From NCBI GenBank assembly GCA_048938855.1, contig JBHLLT010000011.1, positions 1-64,000 of the forward strand: a stretch of 64,000 nucleotides of DNA. The letters are read 5' to 3'. Source of the DNA: Promethearchaeota archaeon (GTDB taxonomy: Archaea; Asgardarchaeota; Lokiarchaeia; Sigyniarchaeales; SOKP01). Position numbers and translations under genes: made by a program. The notes under the pieces are model-generated. The model ran no database searches. It was not told where the DNA came from and saw only the letters and a list, made by a program, of their open reading frames with translations. Positions 10,102-20,982 of the stretch are shown one piece after another. The first letter of the stretch is position 1; each line of letters opens with the position of its first letter.

Positions 10102-12282
10102 TTAAAAATTTAAACCTCGATTCTTTTTCCATAAGTTCCAAAAATGTTTTAATGAATTTAGAGAAATTTTTGAGTAATAAGCTATTTTGTGAAAGAAGTT
10201 AATTAATTCAATATTCGTGATTTTTTCTGAAATTGACAAAAACTCAAATATTTCATTGTATACTTTAATCAAAGCTAAGAATTTTTCTTCTGTTAAATTA
10301 TCATACTTAATTATTTCTAGAAACATATTAGTTTTACTAAGGGACTTTAACAGTACCCACTTATCTGTTTGTGGATTGTATTCGAAAATAGAGTTAAATA
10401 ATTTTTCATTAGATTCAAGAGATTTGTTAATTTCAAATATTCCAACAACTTTTCTATCATTATTTTTTTTTTTCATTAAGATTAAAATATCCAAATCATT
10501 AAGACATGATTTATTTATTTTAAAATGATATAGAAAACGATTCATAAGGGAATCAATATTTTTAGAATGTATTGTTTGGAAACCTCTTAAGCCAGCTGCT
10601 AAACATTGGAACATAGCTTCAGTTTCTTCTTTAGTGAGAATTTCACCTAAGTAAATAATATCAGGCGTTCTGTGTAAAAGAGTTTTAATTTGGTTGCTTT
10701 TTGAGTATTTTTCAACCATGGATTCTTCTAAAGAATCTACTTTGTATTTTAATTGGTGTTTACCATATGAAGTTTGATTTAATGATTCGATTACATTCTC
10801 CACATAAATTTTCCGAAACTCTTTTGGAGTTAGCAAATCTAAAGCATTAATTAATGTTGTCTTTCCTGTATCAGTTTCTCCTGTAACTGTAATGTTTTTC
10901 CTATGAAGAACATTGAAGTATAAAAATGCTGTTATTATTGGATCTACTGTTCCATTTTTAAGTAAATCTTGTATAGTAAAAATATTTTTATTTAATTTCC
11001 TTATATCTAAAGCAAAATTGCTGATTTGAATTGGTTCAACATCAATGGAAAACCTACAATAAAAATATTTATTCTTAATAACAAATTTGATAATTGGATT
11101 CTTGAAATCAAGCCTTTTTCCACTATATAATCTAATTAATGCTTTAATACGGTCTAGTTCTTTTAATGTAAACCTAATTTCCGTTCGACAACGGCCATAA
11201 ATTTGATGATTAATATAAATTTCATCTTTAGGAGAATCTAAAAATATTTCTTCAATAAAATCATCAATTAATAATGGAAATAATTTATCTAGGTTTAATT
11301 TTTTTATAGCTGCTAAAAATCCAATCTTCTGACTGACAGAATCTGAAAAATTATATTTGGATTTTATAACTTTCAAAGACTCTCTTTCATAGAATTCGAT
11401 TAACTGTTCAATTGGAATAATCTCAGTAAGTTCTATAATACTAATATTGTCGCAAATATCTTGTATTATCTTTTCTAAGTAAAATTCCTGAGATAGTCCT
11501 GCATAGAAGAACTCAATCCTATAACTTTTTTCAATTTCATACTCATTCTCGATTATAAAAACTTTGAAAATTTCAGAATTACCAAGATTGTATTTGTCTA
11601 ACAATTTCTTATCTTTACTTAAATTCTTTTCTTGGTTATCTTGAAGATTATTTAAAATTATTGAAGATCCTGAGAAGAAATACTCATAAAAACTTCTATA
11701 TTTTTTGCTAAATGCATCATCTTGTTGAAAACTTCTAAATTTTTGAATAATGCTTAAATTAGCCATTTCTTTAAATAGATTTTTTATAATTATTGCTATT
11801 GTAATAGAACATTTATGGCAGATTGGATCATTATTATCAACTTTCTCTAAATCTGATAATCCTTTATCATATATGTTAAAAATAAAAATTGGATCGAGAT
11901 ATTCATTATCTTTAATTTGATATATTGAAGAAATTGATGGTAATACTTTGCATTTAAATTCCTTATATTTACATTTTTGCATCCTGATCTTCTCAATTTT
12001 AGATTTGGTCTTTCTAACTGTTCTTAAAACTTTAAAGTATTCAAAAAATTCTTTGAATTTACTCGAATTGATTATAATATCTTGCCATAATACTGATATA
12101 TAGTCAAATCTTCGATTTCTACAACGGTATAAAGTTTCTAAAAAACAACTTACACATTTTTCAGATTTAAAGAAATTATTTTCTTTTTGAGGACAATCAA
12201 AACAATTTAGTGTTAAAATAACATCCTTTTTCCCATCCAAATTTTCTTTTTCTTTAAAATAGCTTGAATCATTTAGAGTCAT
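10102..12282 (-). CDS. type II/IV secretion system ATPase (VirB11/TadA/ArlI family) with Cys-rich N terminus
   Basis: DIRK, Walker A GETDTGKTT, HRTPDIIYLGEI, QTIHS. Confidence 0.9.
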   Translation of the reverse strand: MTLNDSSYFKEKENLDGKKDVILTLNCFDCPQKENNFFKSEKCVSCFLETLYRCRNRRFDYISVLWQDIIINSSKFKEFFEYFKVLRTVRKTKSKIEKIRMQKCKYKEFKCKVLPSISSIYQIKDNEYLDPIFIFNIYDKGLSDLEKVDNNDPICHKCSITIAIIIKNLFKEMANLSIIQKFRSFQQDDAFSKKYRSFYEYFFSGSSIILNNLQDNQEKNLSKDKKLLDKYNLGNSEIFKVFIIENEYEIEKSYRIEFFYAGLSQEFYLEKIIQDICDNISIIELTEIIPIEQLIEFYERESLKVIKSKYNFSDSVSQKIGFLAAIKKLNLDKLFPLLIDDFIEEIFLDSPKDEIYINHQIYGRCRTEIRFTLKELDRIKALIRLYSGKRLDFKNPIIKFVIKNKYFYCRFSIDVEPIQISNFALDIRKLNKNIFTIQDLLKNGTVDPIITAFLYFNVLHRKNITVTGETDTGKTTLINALDLLTPKEFRKIYVENVIESLNQTSYGKHQLKYKVDSLEESMVEKYSKSNQIKTLLHRTPDIIYLGEILTKEETEAMFQCLAAGLRGFQTIHSKNIDSLMNRFLYHFKINKSCLNDLDILILMKKKNNDRKVVGIFEINKSLESNEKLFNSIFEYNPQTDKWVLLKSLSKTNMFLEIIKYDNLTEEKFLALIKVYNEIFEFLSISEKITNIELINFFHKIAYYSKISLNSLKHFWNLWKKNRGLNF

Positions 12283-12408
12283 CTAAACTTTTTTTAAAAA
12301 AAAAAAATTTAAATATCCCTATTTTAGCCCTATGCTATATAACTAGTTTTAAAGGAAAAAATTTATTTATTTTAAAAAATTCATTTTCAAAAGCAGATGT
12401 GATAGATA

Positions 12409-13428
12409 ATGGGTCATCGAAAAAAGCACGCACCCAGACGTGGATCATTGGCATTTCTGCCCAGAAAAAGAGCTGTGCAAATAAAAGGTCGAGTTCGACA
12501 TTGGTTTGATAGCTTAGATGATATTAATTTTCTTGGTTTTGCAGGATTTAAAGCAGGTATGACGCATATTACTTATATTGAAGACCAAAAAAATAGTCCT
12601 TATTATGGAAAGGAATTAATGAAACCTGTAACTGTTATTGAAGTTCCTCCATTAATTTTAATAGGGATTAGAGTTTATAATGCTGATGAATATGGTAAGT
12701 ATATAGTCGGAGAATTATTTACAACTGAACTTAACAATTTCTTAGCTCGGAAAATAAATATACCAAATATAGAGAAAACTAAACAAAAAGATACTAAAAA
12801 AGAAATATTAAAAAAATTAAACGAGACTAGTGAGATTAGAGGTATTTTTCAAACTCAACCCTACAGAACATCAATACCTAGGAAGAAACCAGATATTATT
12901 GAAATAAAAATAAATTCAATAAATCAACCAAAAGAAGAGTTTAACTTTGTTTATAAAAACTTAGGCAAAGAAATCAAAGCTCGTGATATCTTAACTGAAG
13001 GGGAATTAGTTGATGTGATTGCTGTAACTAAAGGAAAAGGATTTCAAGGTCCTGTCAAGAGGTTTGGAATCAAGATTCTTACTCGAAAGAATAGTAAAGT
13101 AAGGAGAGCCGTTGCTTGTATTGGTCCCTGGCATCCTGCTAGAGTTCTTTATACAGTTCCACGAGCTGGTCAATTAGGATATCATCAAAGAACGGAATAC
13201 CATAAAAGAATAATGCAGATTGGTGAAAATGAAGAAGAAATAAATCCAAAAGGAGGATTTATACGATATGGCAAAATTAATGGCGATTATGTATTACTTC
13301 TAGGATCTATCCCGGGACCTAAAAAAAGATTAATTAGAATAAGAAAAACAATAAGACCATACAAATCTTTTGTTGTAGGTTCTCCAGAAATAACATTTAT
13401 TAGTCGAGAAAGTCAACAAAGAAGGTAA
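12409..13428 (+). CDS. rpl3: 50S ribosomal protein L3
   Basis: PRRGSLAFLPRKRA, GFKAGMTH, TKGKGFQGPVKR. Confidence 0.98.
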   Translation: MGHRKKHAPRRGSLAFLPRKRAVQIKGRVRHWFDSLDDINFLGFAGFKAGMTHITYIEDQKNSPYYGKELMKPVTVIEVPPLILIGIRVYNADEYGKYIVGELFTTELNNFLARKINIPNIEKTKQKDTKKEILKKLNETSEIRGIFQTQPYRTSIPRKKPDIIEIKINSINQPKEEFNFVYKNLGKEIKARDILTEGELVDVIAVTKGKGFQGPVKRFGIKILTRKNSKVRRAVACIGPWHPARVLYTVPRAGQLGYHQRTEYHKRIMQIGENEEEINPKGGFIRYGKINGDYVLLLGSIPGPKKRLIRIRKTIRPYKSFVVGSPEITFISRESQQRR

Positions 13429-13450
13429 TTTATATAATTCTGGTGATATT

Positions 13451-14239
13451 ATGGAAAAAATTAATGTATATAATTTAGATGGTAAGAAAAAAGGACTTAT
13501 TGATAAACCAAAAATATTTGATGTAAAACCTAGAACTGATCTTATTCAAATAGCAAATAATGTATCTCAGAGTAAAAATAAGCAATCTCAAGGAAGAGAT
13601 AAAAAAGCTGGGCTAAGAAATACAGCTGAAGGATGGGGAACAGGTCATGCATTATCAAGAGCTCCTAGAATCAAAGGAAGTGGATTCATGACCGCAAGAA
13701 CGGTGGGGCGCGTACCCTTTGCTAAAGGTGGTAGACAAACACATCCCATAAAAACGGAAAAAAAAATAAAAAAGAAAATTAATAAACGATTAAATAAACT
13801 CTCAATAATTTCTGCAATTTCTGCTTCTGGTGATAAAATTTGGGTAAAGAAAGGAGGTTATATCATTGATAATGTGCCTGAAATTCCTTTAGTTATTGAT
13901 GACAAAATCCAAACAATTAAAAAGACATCAGGGATTTATTCAATTTTGTGTAACCTTGGATTACAGGAGAGCTTAATTAGAATTAAGAAGAATATTAAGA
14001 TTAGAGCTGGAAGAGGGAAATCAAGAGGACGTAAATATAAAAAAAAAAAGGGAATTTTAATTGTAATAAAAGAAGATTTTGGAATCATTAAAGCTGCAAG
14101 AAATATTCCAGGAACAGATGTTATTAAAATTGAGAATTTATCAATTAATAATCTATCTCCCGGAGGATCAGCAGGAAGGTTAATAATTTGGACTCAATCT
14201 GCTATTAACGATTTACATAATTATGAGGTGTCTGTATAG
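13451..14239 (+). CDS. rpl4: 50S ribosomal protein L4
   Basis: AEGWGTG..RAPR, KIRAGRGKSRGRKY, GRLIIWT. Confidence 0.97.
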   Translation: MEKINVYNLDGKKKGLIDKPKIFDVKPRTDLIQIANNVSQSKNKQSQGRDKKAGLRNTAEGWGTGHALSRAPRIKGSGFMTARTVGRVPFAKGGRQTHPIKTEKKIKKKINKRLNKLSIISAISASGDKIWVKKGGYIIDNVPEIPLVIDDKIQTIKKTSGIYSILCNLGLQESLIRIKKNIKIRAGRGKSRGRKYKKKKGILIVIKEDFGIIKAARNIPGTDVIKIENLSINNLSPGGSAGRLIIWTQSAINDLHNYEVSV

Positions 14240-14503
14240 TTGGAAGTATTTTATAAAATTATTAAAAAACCATTAGTTACTGAGAAAACTTTTGATTTAA
14301 TTGAAAAGGAGAATAAATTGGTATTTATTGTTGATAGGCAAGCTAATAAGAATCAAATTAAAAAAGCAATAGAAAAAATACATAATGTAAAAGTAATAAG
14401 GGTCAATACAATGATTACTCCGAACGGAGACAAAAAAGCTTTTATAAAATTACATCCAGAATACTCAGCACAAGACATTGCGATTGATTTAGGAATATTT
14501 TAA
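14240..14503 (+). CDS. rpl23: 50S ribosomal protein L23
   Basis: PLVTEK...ENKLVFIV...VNTMITP.G.KKAFIKL. Confidence 0.97.
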   Translation: MEVFYKIIKKPLVTEKTFDLIEKENKLVFIVDRQANKNQIKKAIEKIHNVKVIRVNTMITPNGDKKAFIKLHPEYSAQDIAIDLGIF

Positions 14504-15621
14504 TTTTCATTTCTTTTAAGTTCATTATAATTAAAAGTTCGGATATCACTAGAATTAAGAATATTTATATTTTCTATTAATTTTATCGATTTTATATTTT
14601 GTAATTCTCTATTTCCTAAATCATTTAAAATTAATATATAAATGATATATTTAGAATGATATTTTTCGATGATTTTATAAATAATACTACTATCCAGATT
14701 CTCCAATATTAAAAAAATATAACTATCCTCAATAAATAATAGGTTTGTATTTAATCTCACGTAATCTATGTGGTTTTTCTTTAAGCATTCTTCAAATTGT
14801 TTATTCATTTCTAATACGTCTAAAGAATCAGATGAGGAATGAATATTGAAAAAGTCAGAATTATCATCTAAATAAAAGAAAATGTGATTAATTCCTAATC
14901 TCCAAAAATAATTAGCAAATGTTTTTATTTTGATATTCTGTTTTTTTAACACATTAGAATGAAAAAAATTATTAACTTTACTCTCAAGAGTAGAAATTTT
15001 CTCAATAGATTCTGATTCTAATACAAAATAAGGTGAAATTTTAATGTTTTCAGTATTATCTATTGCAAAATTGAGTATCAAATGACCCTTCTCTCTTATA
15101 TTATAGACAAAATCCAAGAAGTTTAATATAAACGTACGTTTCTTGTCGATATTCTCGAAATCAACTTTATAAAAATAAAGAGCTTTCAGTTTATTCTCTA
15201 CCGAAATTAAAATTGATTCAGAACTTCTTTTAATAGTTGTATTAGAACTAATAGTACGAAATATTATATCTAAAAATTTTTCTTCTAGGCGTTTTTCTTT
15301 CAAATATTTAATCGAAATATAGAGTTTTTCCAAATTTTGTTGTACAACATTAAAAGCTTTAATGATCTTTTCTTTTTCATTTTCTTCAAAATTTAGAATT
15401 AAGATTGTTTTATTTTTATTATTTGTATCTATTTGGATAGAGTAGTATTGAATTATTCTTCGTACAAGTAAGTCATTTAGAATGAATATTATTGATTTGT
15501 AGCTTAAACATTCTAAAATTGCAAATGAGACTATTTTACTCTTTTTTTTTGTACTCTTGTAGTAAATTAAACTATTTTCAACAAGATATGAAAAAAGTTT
15601 GTACTTACCTTTCTTAACCAT
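14500..15621 (-). CDS. hypothetical protein
   Basis: 373-aa ORF; no recognised motif. Confidence 0.65.
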   Translation of the reverse strand: MVKKGKYKLFSYLVENSLIYYKSTKKKSKIVSFAILECLSYKSIIFILNDLLVRRIIQYYSIQIDTNNKNKTILILNFEENEKEKIIKAFNVVQQNLEKLYISIKYLKEKRLEEKFLDIIFRTISSNTTIKRSSESILISVENKLKALYFYKVDFENIDKKRTFILNFLDFVYNIREKGHLILNFAIDNTENIKISPYFVLESESIEKISTLESKVNNFFHSNVLKKQNIKIKTFANYFWRLGINHIFFYLDDNSDFFNIHSSSDSLDVLEMNKQFEECLKKNHIDYVRLNTNLLFIEDSYIFLILENLDSSIIYKIIEKYHSKYIIYILILNDLGNRELQNIKSIKLIENINILNSSDIRTFNYNELKRNEN

Positions 15622-15783
15622 TTCACTAATATTTTAAATATAATTTATAAAAACACAAATTTTTTCTCGGTATCTGCATTTTCCCAAGTTAAGTCAATAA
15701 ATCTATTTCAGCACTTCAACACAATGTTAAACCAAAATTTAAAACCACAATAATGTTATAATAATTTAAATTAATCCCCTATT

Positions 15784-17058
15784 ATGGTAATGAATTTGCT
15801 ACAAGAGATAAAGAATTTTCTATTGAGTTTAAATCCTGATATAATAATTCAAGCTCCTTCACGGATTAATCTTATAAATCCTTTAGACGCAGTAGAAGGG
15901 GATTTTTGGATGCCTTCAGTAGCTATAAATGGTTTAGTAAACCCTCTCTCAACATTTTTATATATCAAAAAAATCGAAGACAAAAGCAGATTAAAAGTAT
16001 ATACATGGAAAAAAGTGATGAACAAGTACTTTTTTGAGATTAAAAGTGATGAATTAATATCAAAAAAAGACGTAATTACCAAGGCTAATTTTGGAAAGAA
16101 AAATAAATTAATTTATGCTAGTATTTATAAATTTTGTAGAGTGAGTTCACATTTTCGAAGAACATTCTTAAATTCAAATATAGAGGTTGGATTACTTACC
16201 ACCATCCCTGAAAAAAGTGGTCTTGGTGGTAGCGCTTCTATAATTATTGCTATACTATTTGGATTGGCTCATTTCTTTAATTTATATAATAATTTTAATG
16301 TATTAAAAGATAATGAATTCCCGATAAATAAAGATATAATTGCAGAAATGGCTACAAAAATTGAAGATGAGAATCTAAAAATAACCGCTGGATATGGTGA
16401 TAGGTATGTAATAAGCAGAGGTGGTTTAAGTTTTTGTTCTTATTATGGGAAGCTATATCATAAAAATTTATCAAATGAACCATTAGCAATCTATGACAGA
16501 ATCGACACAACTTATAAATTGAATAATATCCCGATAATTGTCTGTTATTCTGGAGTACATCATGAAAGTGGGGAGATACATAGAAAGTTGAGAAATATCT
16601 ATTTACAGAATAATCCATTCTTTTTGAGTAGTTATAAAAAGTTGGCTGAAATTGCCTGGAAATCTAGATTTGCAATAATGCGACATGATTGGGTGAAGTT
16701 AGGAAAGTTTTTCAAAGAAAACACAATAATTATGAACAATATTATGAAAGAAGCAGGGTTTAAAAATGGGATTGGACTAGCAAATAACATATTAATAGAA
16801 ATTTTAGAAAAACACCCCGATGTTTATGCTGCTAAACTAACTGGTGCCGGTGGTGGAGGTTCCGTTTTTGCATTAATCCGGCCAGAGAAAGCAAATACAA
16901 TTATAAATTATTGTCAGAATAAATTAAATGAATTATTTAAAAATATAGAAATAGATTCTTCCAAATTTCCCTCAGATTCATTAGAAATATTAAAAAAATT
17001 AAAAAATACTCAATTTTATGAAATAAAAATTGATAAGAAGGGAGTGAAAAAGTTATAA
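15784..17058 (+). CDS. GHMP-family kinase (sugar/mevalonate kinase-like)
   Basis: APSRINL, PEKSGLGGSAS ATP loop, AKLTGAGGGG. Confidence 0.9.
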   Translation: MVMNLLQEIKNFLLSLNPDIIIQAPSRINLINPLDAVEGDFWMPSVAINGLVNPLSTFLYIKKIEDKSRLKVYTWKKVMNKYFFEIKSDELISKKDVITKANFGKKNKLIYASIYKFCRVSSHFRRTFLNSNIEVGLLTTIPEKSGLGGSASIIIAILFGLAHFFNLYNNFNVLKDNEFPINKDIIAEMATKIEDENLKITAGYGDRYVISRGGLSFCSYYGKLYHKNLSNEPLAIYDRIDTTYKLNNIPIIVCYSGVHHESGEIHRKLRNIYLQNNPFFLSSYKKLAEIAWKSRFAIMRHDWVKLGKFFKENTIIMNNIMKEAGFKNGIGLANNILIEILEKHPDVYAAKLTGAGGGGSVFALIRPEKANTIINYCQNKLNELFKNIEIDSSKFPSDSLEILKKLKNTQFYEIKIDKKGVKKL

Positions 17059-17100
17059 TCCATTAACAATTATATAATTTATACTATCTGGAGAATTAAC

Positions 17101-17277
17101 TTGAGTAAATTCGAACGATATAATTCAAAAGCAGATACTTATATCTACCCTCACAAACACTGCAAAAAATGTGGAACGATGATTTCAGAGGCATTTACAT
17201 ATTGTACTGATTGTTATAATAATTTAAAAACAAAGAAAAAAAGAAGATGGTTCAGAAGAAAAAAGAAAGAATCTTAA
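17101..17277 (+). CDS. small Zn-ribbon protein (DUF2116-like), 58 aa, not in the ORF track
   Basis: MSKFERYNSKADTYIYPHKHCKKCGTMISEAFTYCTDCYNNLKTKKKRRWFRRKKKES; GGAGA just upstream of the TTG. Confidence 0.75.
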   Translation: MSKFERYNSKADTYIYPHKHCKKCGTMISEAFTYCTDCYNNLKTKKKRRWFRRKKKES

Positions 17278-17306
17278 TAGAGATTCCTAATTTTGTTTTT
17301 AAAATA

Positions 17307-19013
17307 TTAAATATCCAACCTTCTTAATAACCAATCTCTATCTAATAAGGAAAGGAAGGAGCCTAAACGTGGACCATTTTTTTTTCCTAAAATTATTTGA
17401 TAGATCAATTCAAAAAATTTTTTTGGAGTTAGATCTTGAACATCTTTGGCTATTGAGAAGATTTTATTTTGAATGGATTCTGCATTTAAACTCTCATTTT
17501 TTTCTAAATATTCTCTTAAAAGACGAATCCCTTTTATTTGGCTATATTGCATTTTTGATAATATAGATTCATCAACTTCTTCAGGAATCGTAAACAGTTC
17601 TAATTTTTTTATGATATTCTTCTTTGTTTTGGAATCTTTTTCATTTAGTAATATATTATTTACTTCCTCAATCCAGCTTGTTGTTCGAGTTAGTAATTTT
17701 TCGAATTCCTGCATGGTAATATTGACTTTAAAATCGTGACTTTTCATATATGATTTAGCTTTTTCATAAATTTTCTCCAAACTCAAAATATTTTGAATTT
17801 GGGCAAAAAATATTAGAAGTTTAAGAGGAAAACTGCTAACTTGAGTTTTAGGAATATCGTTAATTTGAGTTAAGGGATAGAGGTATTTAAAAAACATATT
17901 TTCCTCAGAATCTTCTGAAATTTCTCTATCATAATGAATATCTTCCATTCTTTTATAATAATCGTAATATTGTGGAATTTCTTCGATTCTAAAAGTAATA
18001 TGCTTCATAGGATTAGTCCTTAGAATTATTGATCTATAAATACTTGGATCAGCAATTTTTAAATAATTCTTAGGAGTAAAGACATAACCTTTAGATGTGC
18101 CCATATCTTTATCCCCAAGTCTTAACCATTCATAAGGAACTTTAACAGGCCCTTCGTAATCATACAAGACTTGACACAATTCAATACCGGTATCATATGC
18201 ACCTCCTTTTACGCTATGATCTTTGCCTGCAGGTTCACAAGTAGTCTTATACAGAGCCCATTTAGCAGGCCAATCAATACGCCAATTTAGTTTTAAATTT
18301 CCACTCCATATAGAAATCTTTCCAGAATAACCACATGCTTCACACTCGTATGAAACTGCTTCTTCATTTTGAAAATATCTTTTTATCCGATTAGGTCTAA
18401 TAGATCCTTCATTATCTCGAGATTGAATTCTATTACAATTTTCACAAATCGCCATTACTGGCATCCACTGTTTCTGCATTTCAATAAAGTCTTCTTTATC
18501 TTCTTCTTTTAATGTAGGGATTATATATTTTTGTAAGATTTTTTTAATTTTCTCTGTATTTTCTAAGGCAATTTTTATTTGTTTTTGCATTCGTTGAGTT
18601 TTATACAGCTCATGTGACCATACTACATTTAATTTAATTCCAAAATCAGGAAACACCTCGGATAATTCATTTCCAAAATGATGAGCATAACTTTCACAAT
18701 TACAATCCTTAAATGGACATGGAATCATAGAAAATGGTTTTCCTATGTGCTTAATTTGAAATTTTTTTTCAATATAAGGTGGAAAACGTTTAGCTGCATC
18801 TAAACTATCAAAGAATAATAGATTATTAACAATTTTACCATCTTTTTCAAAAATTCTTCTTAAAGCATCACATATTATTATTTCTCTCAATATCCCTAAA
18901 TGAATATGCCCCGAGGGAGTTTTACCTGTGGAAAGTGTTATTTCATTGGGTTTTCGTGAGTAAATTTCTTTAACAATTTCTTCTAACCAATGAACTGGAT
19001 AATATTGACTCAA
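17307..19013 (-). CDS. lysS: lysine--tRNA ligase, class I
   Basis: TPSGHIHLG, KLNWRIDWPAKW, EPAGKDH, DMGTSKG, GPRLGSF. Confidence 0.96.
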   Translation of the reverse strand: MSQYYPVHWLEEIVKEIYSRKPNEITLSTGKTPSGHIHLGILREIIICDALRRIFEKDGKIVNNLLFFDSLDAAKRFPPYIEKKFQIKHIGKPFSMIPCPFKDCNCESYAHHFGNELSEVFPDFGIKLNVVWSHELYKTQRMQKQIKIALENTEKIKKILQKYIIPTLKEEDKEDFIEMQKQWMPVMAICENCNRIQSRDNEGSIRPNRIKRYFQNEEAVSYECEACGYSGKISIWSGNLKLNWRIDWPAKWALYKTTCEPAGKDHSVKGGAYDTGIELCQVLYDYEGPVKVPYEWLRLGDKDMGTSKGYVFTPKNYLKIADPSIYRSIILRTNPMKHITFRIEEIPQYYDYYKRMEDIHYDREISEDSEENMFFKYLYPLTQINDIPKTQVSSFPLKLLIFFAQIQNILSLEKIYEKAKSYMKSHDFKVNITMQEFEKLLTRTTSWIEEVNNILLNEKDSKTKKNIIKKLELFTIPEEVDESILSKMQYSQIKGIRLLREYLEKNESLNAESIQNKIFSIAKDVQDLTPKKFFELIYQIILGKKNGPRLGSFLSLLDRDWLLRRLDI

Positions 19014-19152
19014 AATTTCTTCACTAATTAGCTTTTACTTAAATTTGGTAATATTTTGTATTACAAAAATTTTTCTATTATGTATAATTGTATAGTTTAC
19101 GTTAGAAAATTATATTTTTCATTTTTGCTTCTAAAACTTAGTGAGTTAAATA

Positions 19153-20982
19153 TTGAGGATTGCCGTTTTAAATAAGGATTTCTGTAAACCAGATAAATGT
19201 AGTCCTTTTGGGGTAAAACCATGTATAAAGTATTGCCCTAGGGTAAGAACCGGTGATAAAACAATAGTGTTAAGCCCGGATGAGAAATCAGTTATAATTA
19301 CAGAAAGTTTATGCTCAGGAGAGGGGATATGTATAAAAAAATGTCCATTTAAAGCAATTAATATAGTAAATTTACCTGATCCTTTAGAAGACCAGATTTC
19401 TTATAGGTATGGTCAGGATCAATTCTCACTTTTTCGAATGGCAATCCCTAAAAAAGGAAAAGTGTTAGGAATTGTAGGACAAAATGGAATTGGGAAAAGC
19501 ACATTATTAAAATTACTTTCAAATGAATTAAAAATTAACTTTGGGAGATTTGGAGATCAAGAACCAGAGTGGAGAGAGATAATTAATCATTTCAAAGGCT
19601 CTGAACTTCATCAATACTTCATTGACCTTAAAGAGAATAAAATGAACATTATACACAAACCTCAAAATATAACAGTGATACCGAAATTTGTTTCTGGTAA
19701 AGTAGTGGATCTTTTGAACAAAAATGACGAAGGAAATCAACTGGACAACATCATAGAGAATCTTAATCTTGTCGAGATTTTGGATAGAGATATCTCAGTG
19801 CTATCAGGTGGTGAATTGCAACGAGTAGCTATTGCTGCTGCATATCTTAAAGATGGGGAGGTTTATTTGTTCGATGAGCCCAGTTCATATCTAGATGTAA
19901 GTGAAAGAATAAATATGGCAAAACTAATTCGTTCTTTATCTGAAAAAAATAAAACAATAATAGTAGTTGAACATGATTTAGCGATTTTAGATTATTTGAG
20001 TGATTACGTTTCGATTCTGTATGGACAACCTGGTGTCTACGGAATAATATCTCATCCCCAGGGTGTTAGGGTAGGTATTAATATTTATTTAAATGGATAT
20101 ATTAAGGACGAAAATGTAAGATTTAGAGAAGAACCTATTATATTTCATGAAAGACCACCTCAAGATTCACTATTTGATTCTGGAGATGTTGTTTTCTCTT
20201 ATGATGATATTAAGATTTCATTAGGGAACTTTCATTTAAAAGCTCTAGGGAGTGAAATTCATGCTGGTGAAATAATTGGAATTTTAGGCCCGAATGGAAT
20301 TGGTAAAACTACATTTATAAACTCTATTGCGAATATTGTTAATGATGTCGATGATAATCTCTCTGATACTGAACCATTTGAAGAAGATTTAAATCCAAAA
20401 TTACGTGTTGCTGTTAAACCTCAATATATTAAAATGGATGAGGAAGGTATAGTCTCTGATCTCATTACGAAGATTAAATTAGCTCCTTATTTGAGTCAAT
20501 CTTATAAAAAAAGATTGATCAATAATTTAAATTTAGAAAATATAAAAGAGAGAAACTTTTCTGAATTAAGTGGCGGTGAATTGCAACGAATTGCCATCGC
20601 AAAATGCTTAGCTAGTGAAGCTGATATTTATCTGTTCGATGAGCCTTCAGCTTTCTTAGATGTTGAAATGAGATTACAGGTAGCTCAACTCCTTCGAAAA
20701 TCTATTGAAGAATTAAAAAAATCTGGATTTGTTGTTGAACATGATATTATAACTCAAGATTTTATAGCTGATTCAATATTAGTTTTTGAAGGGAACCCTG
20801 GACTGGCAGGTAATGCTTTACCTCCCCAAAATCTAAGAGATGGCTTTAATACTTTTTTAAAAAATATGGGAATAACTTTTAGAAGAGATACCATAACAAA
20901 ACGACCTCGTGTCAATAAAATTGGAAGTAATAAAGATATTCATCAAAAGCGTATTAATGAATACTATTATATTCCCAAATAA
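19153..20982 (+). CDS. rli: ribosome recycling ATPase ABCE1/RLI
   Basis: N-terminal Fe-S domain, two ABC cassettes with LSGGELQR, C-terminal FRRD...RPRVNK. Confidence 0.96.
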   Translation: MRIAVLNKDFCKPDKCSPFGVKPCIKYCPRVRTGDKTIVLSPDEKSVIITESLCSGEGICIKKCPFKAINIVNLPDPLEDQISYRYGQDQFSLFRMAIPKKGKVLGIVGQNGIGKSTLLKLLSNELKINFGRFGDQEPEWREIINHFKGSELHQYFIDLKENKMNIIHKPQNITVIPKFVSGKVVDLLNKNDEGNQLDNIIENLNLVEILDRDISVLSGGELQRVAIAAAYLKDGEVYLFDEPSSYLDVSERINMAKLIRSLSEKNKTIIVVEHDLAILDYLSDYVSILYGQPGVYGIISHPQGVRVGINIYLNGYIKDENVRFREEPIIFHERPPQDSLFDSGDVVFSYDDIKISLGNFHLKALGSEIHAGEIIGILGPNGIGKTTFINSIANIVNDVDDNLSDTEPFEEDLNPKLRVAVKPQYIKMDEEGIVSDLITKIKLAPYLSQSYKKRLINNLNLENIKERNFSELSGGELQRIAIAKCLASEADIYLFDEPSAFLDVEMRLQVAQLLRKSIEELKKSGFVVEHDIITQDFIADSILVFEGNPGLAGNALPPQNLRDGFNTFLKNMGITFRRDTITKRPRVNKIGSNKDIHQKRINEYYYIPK

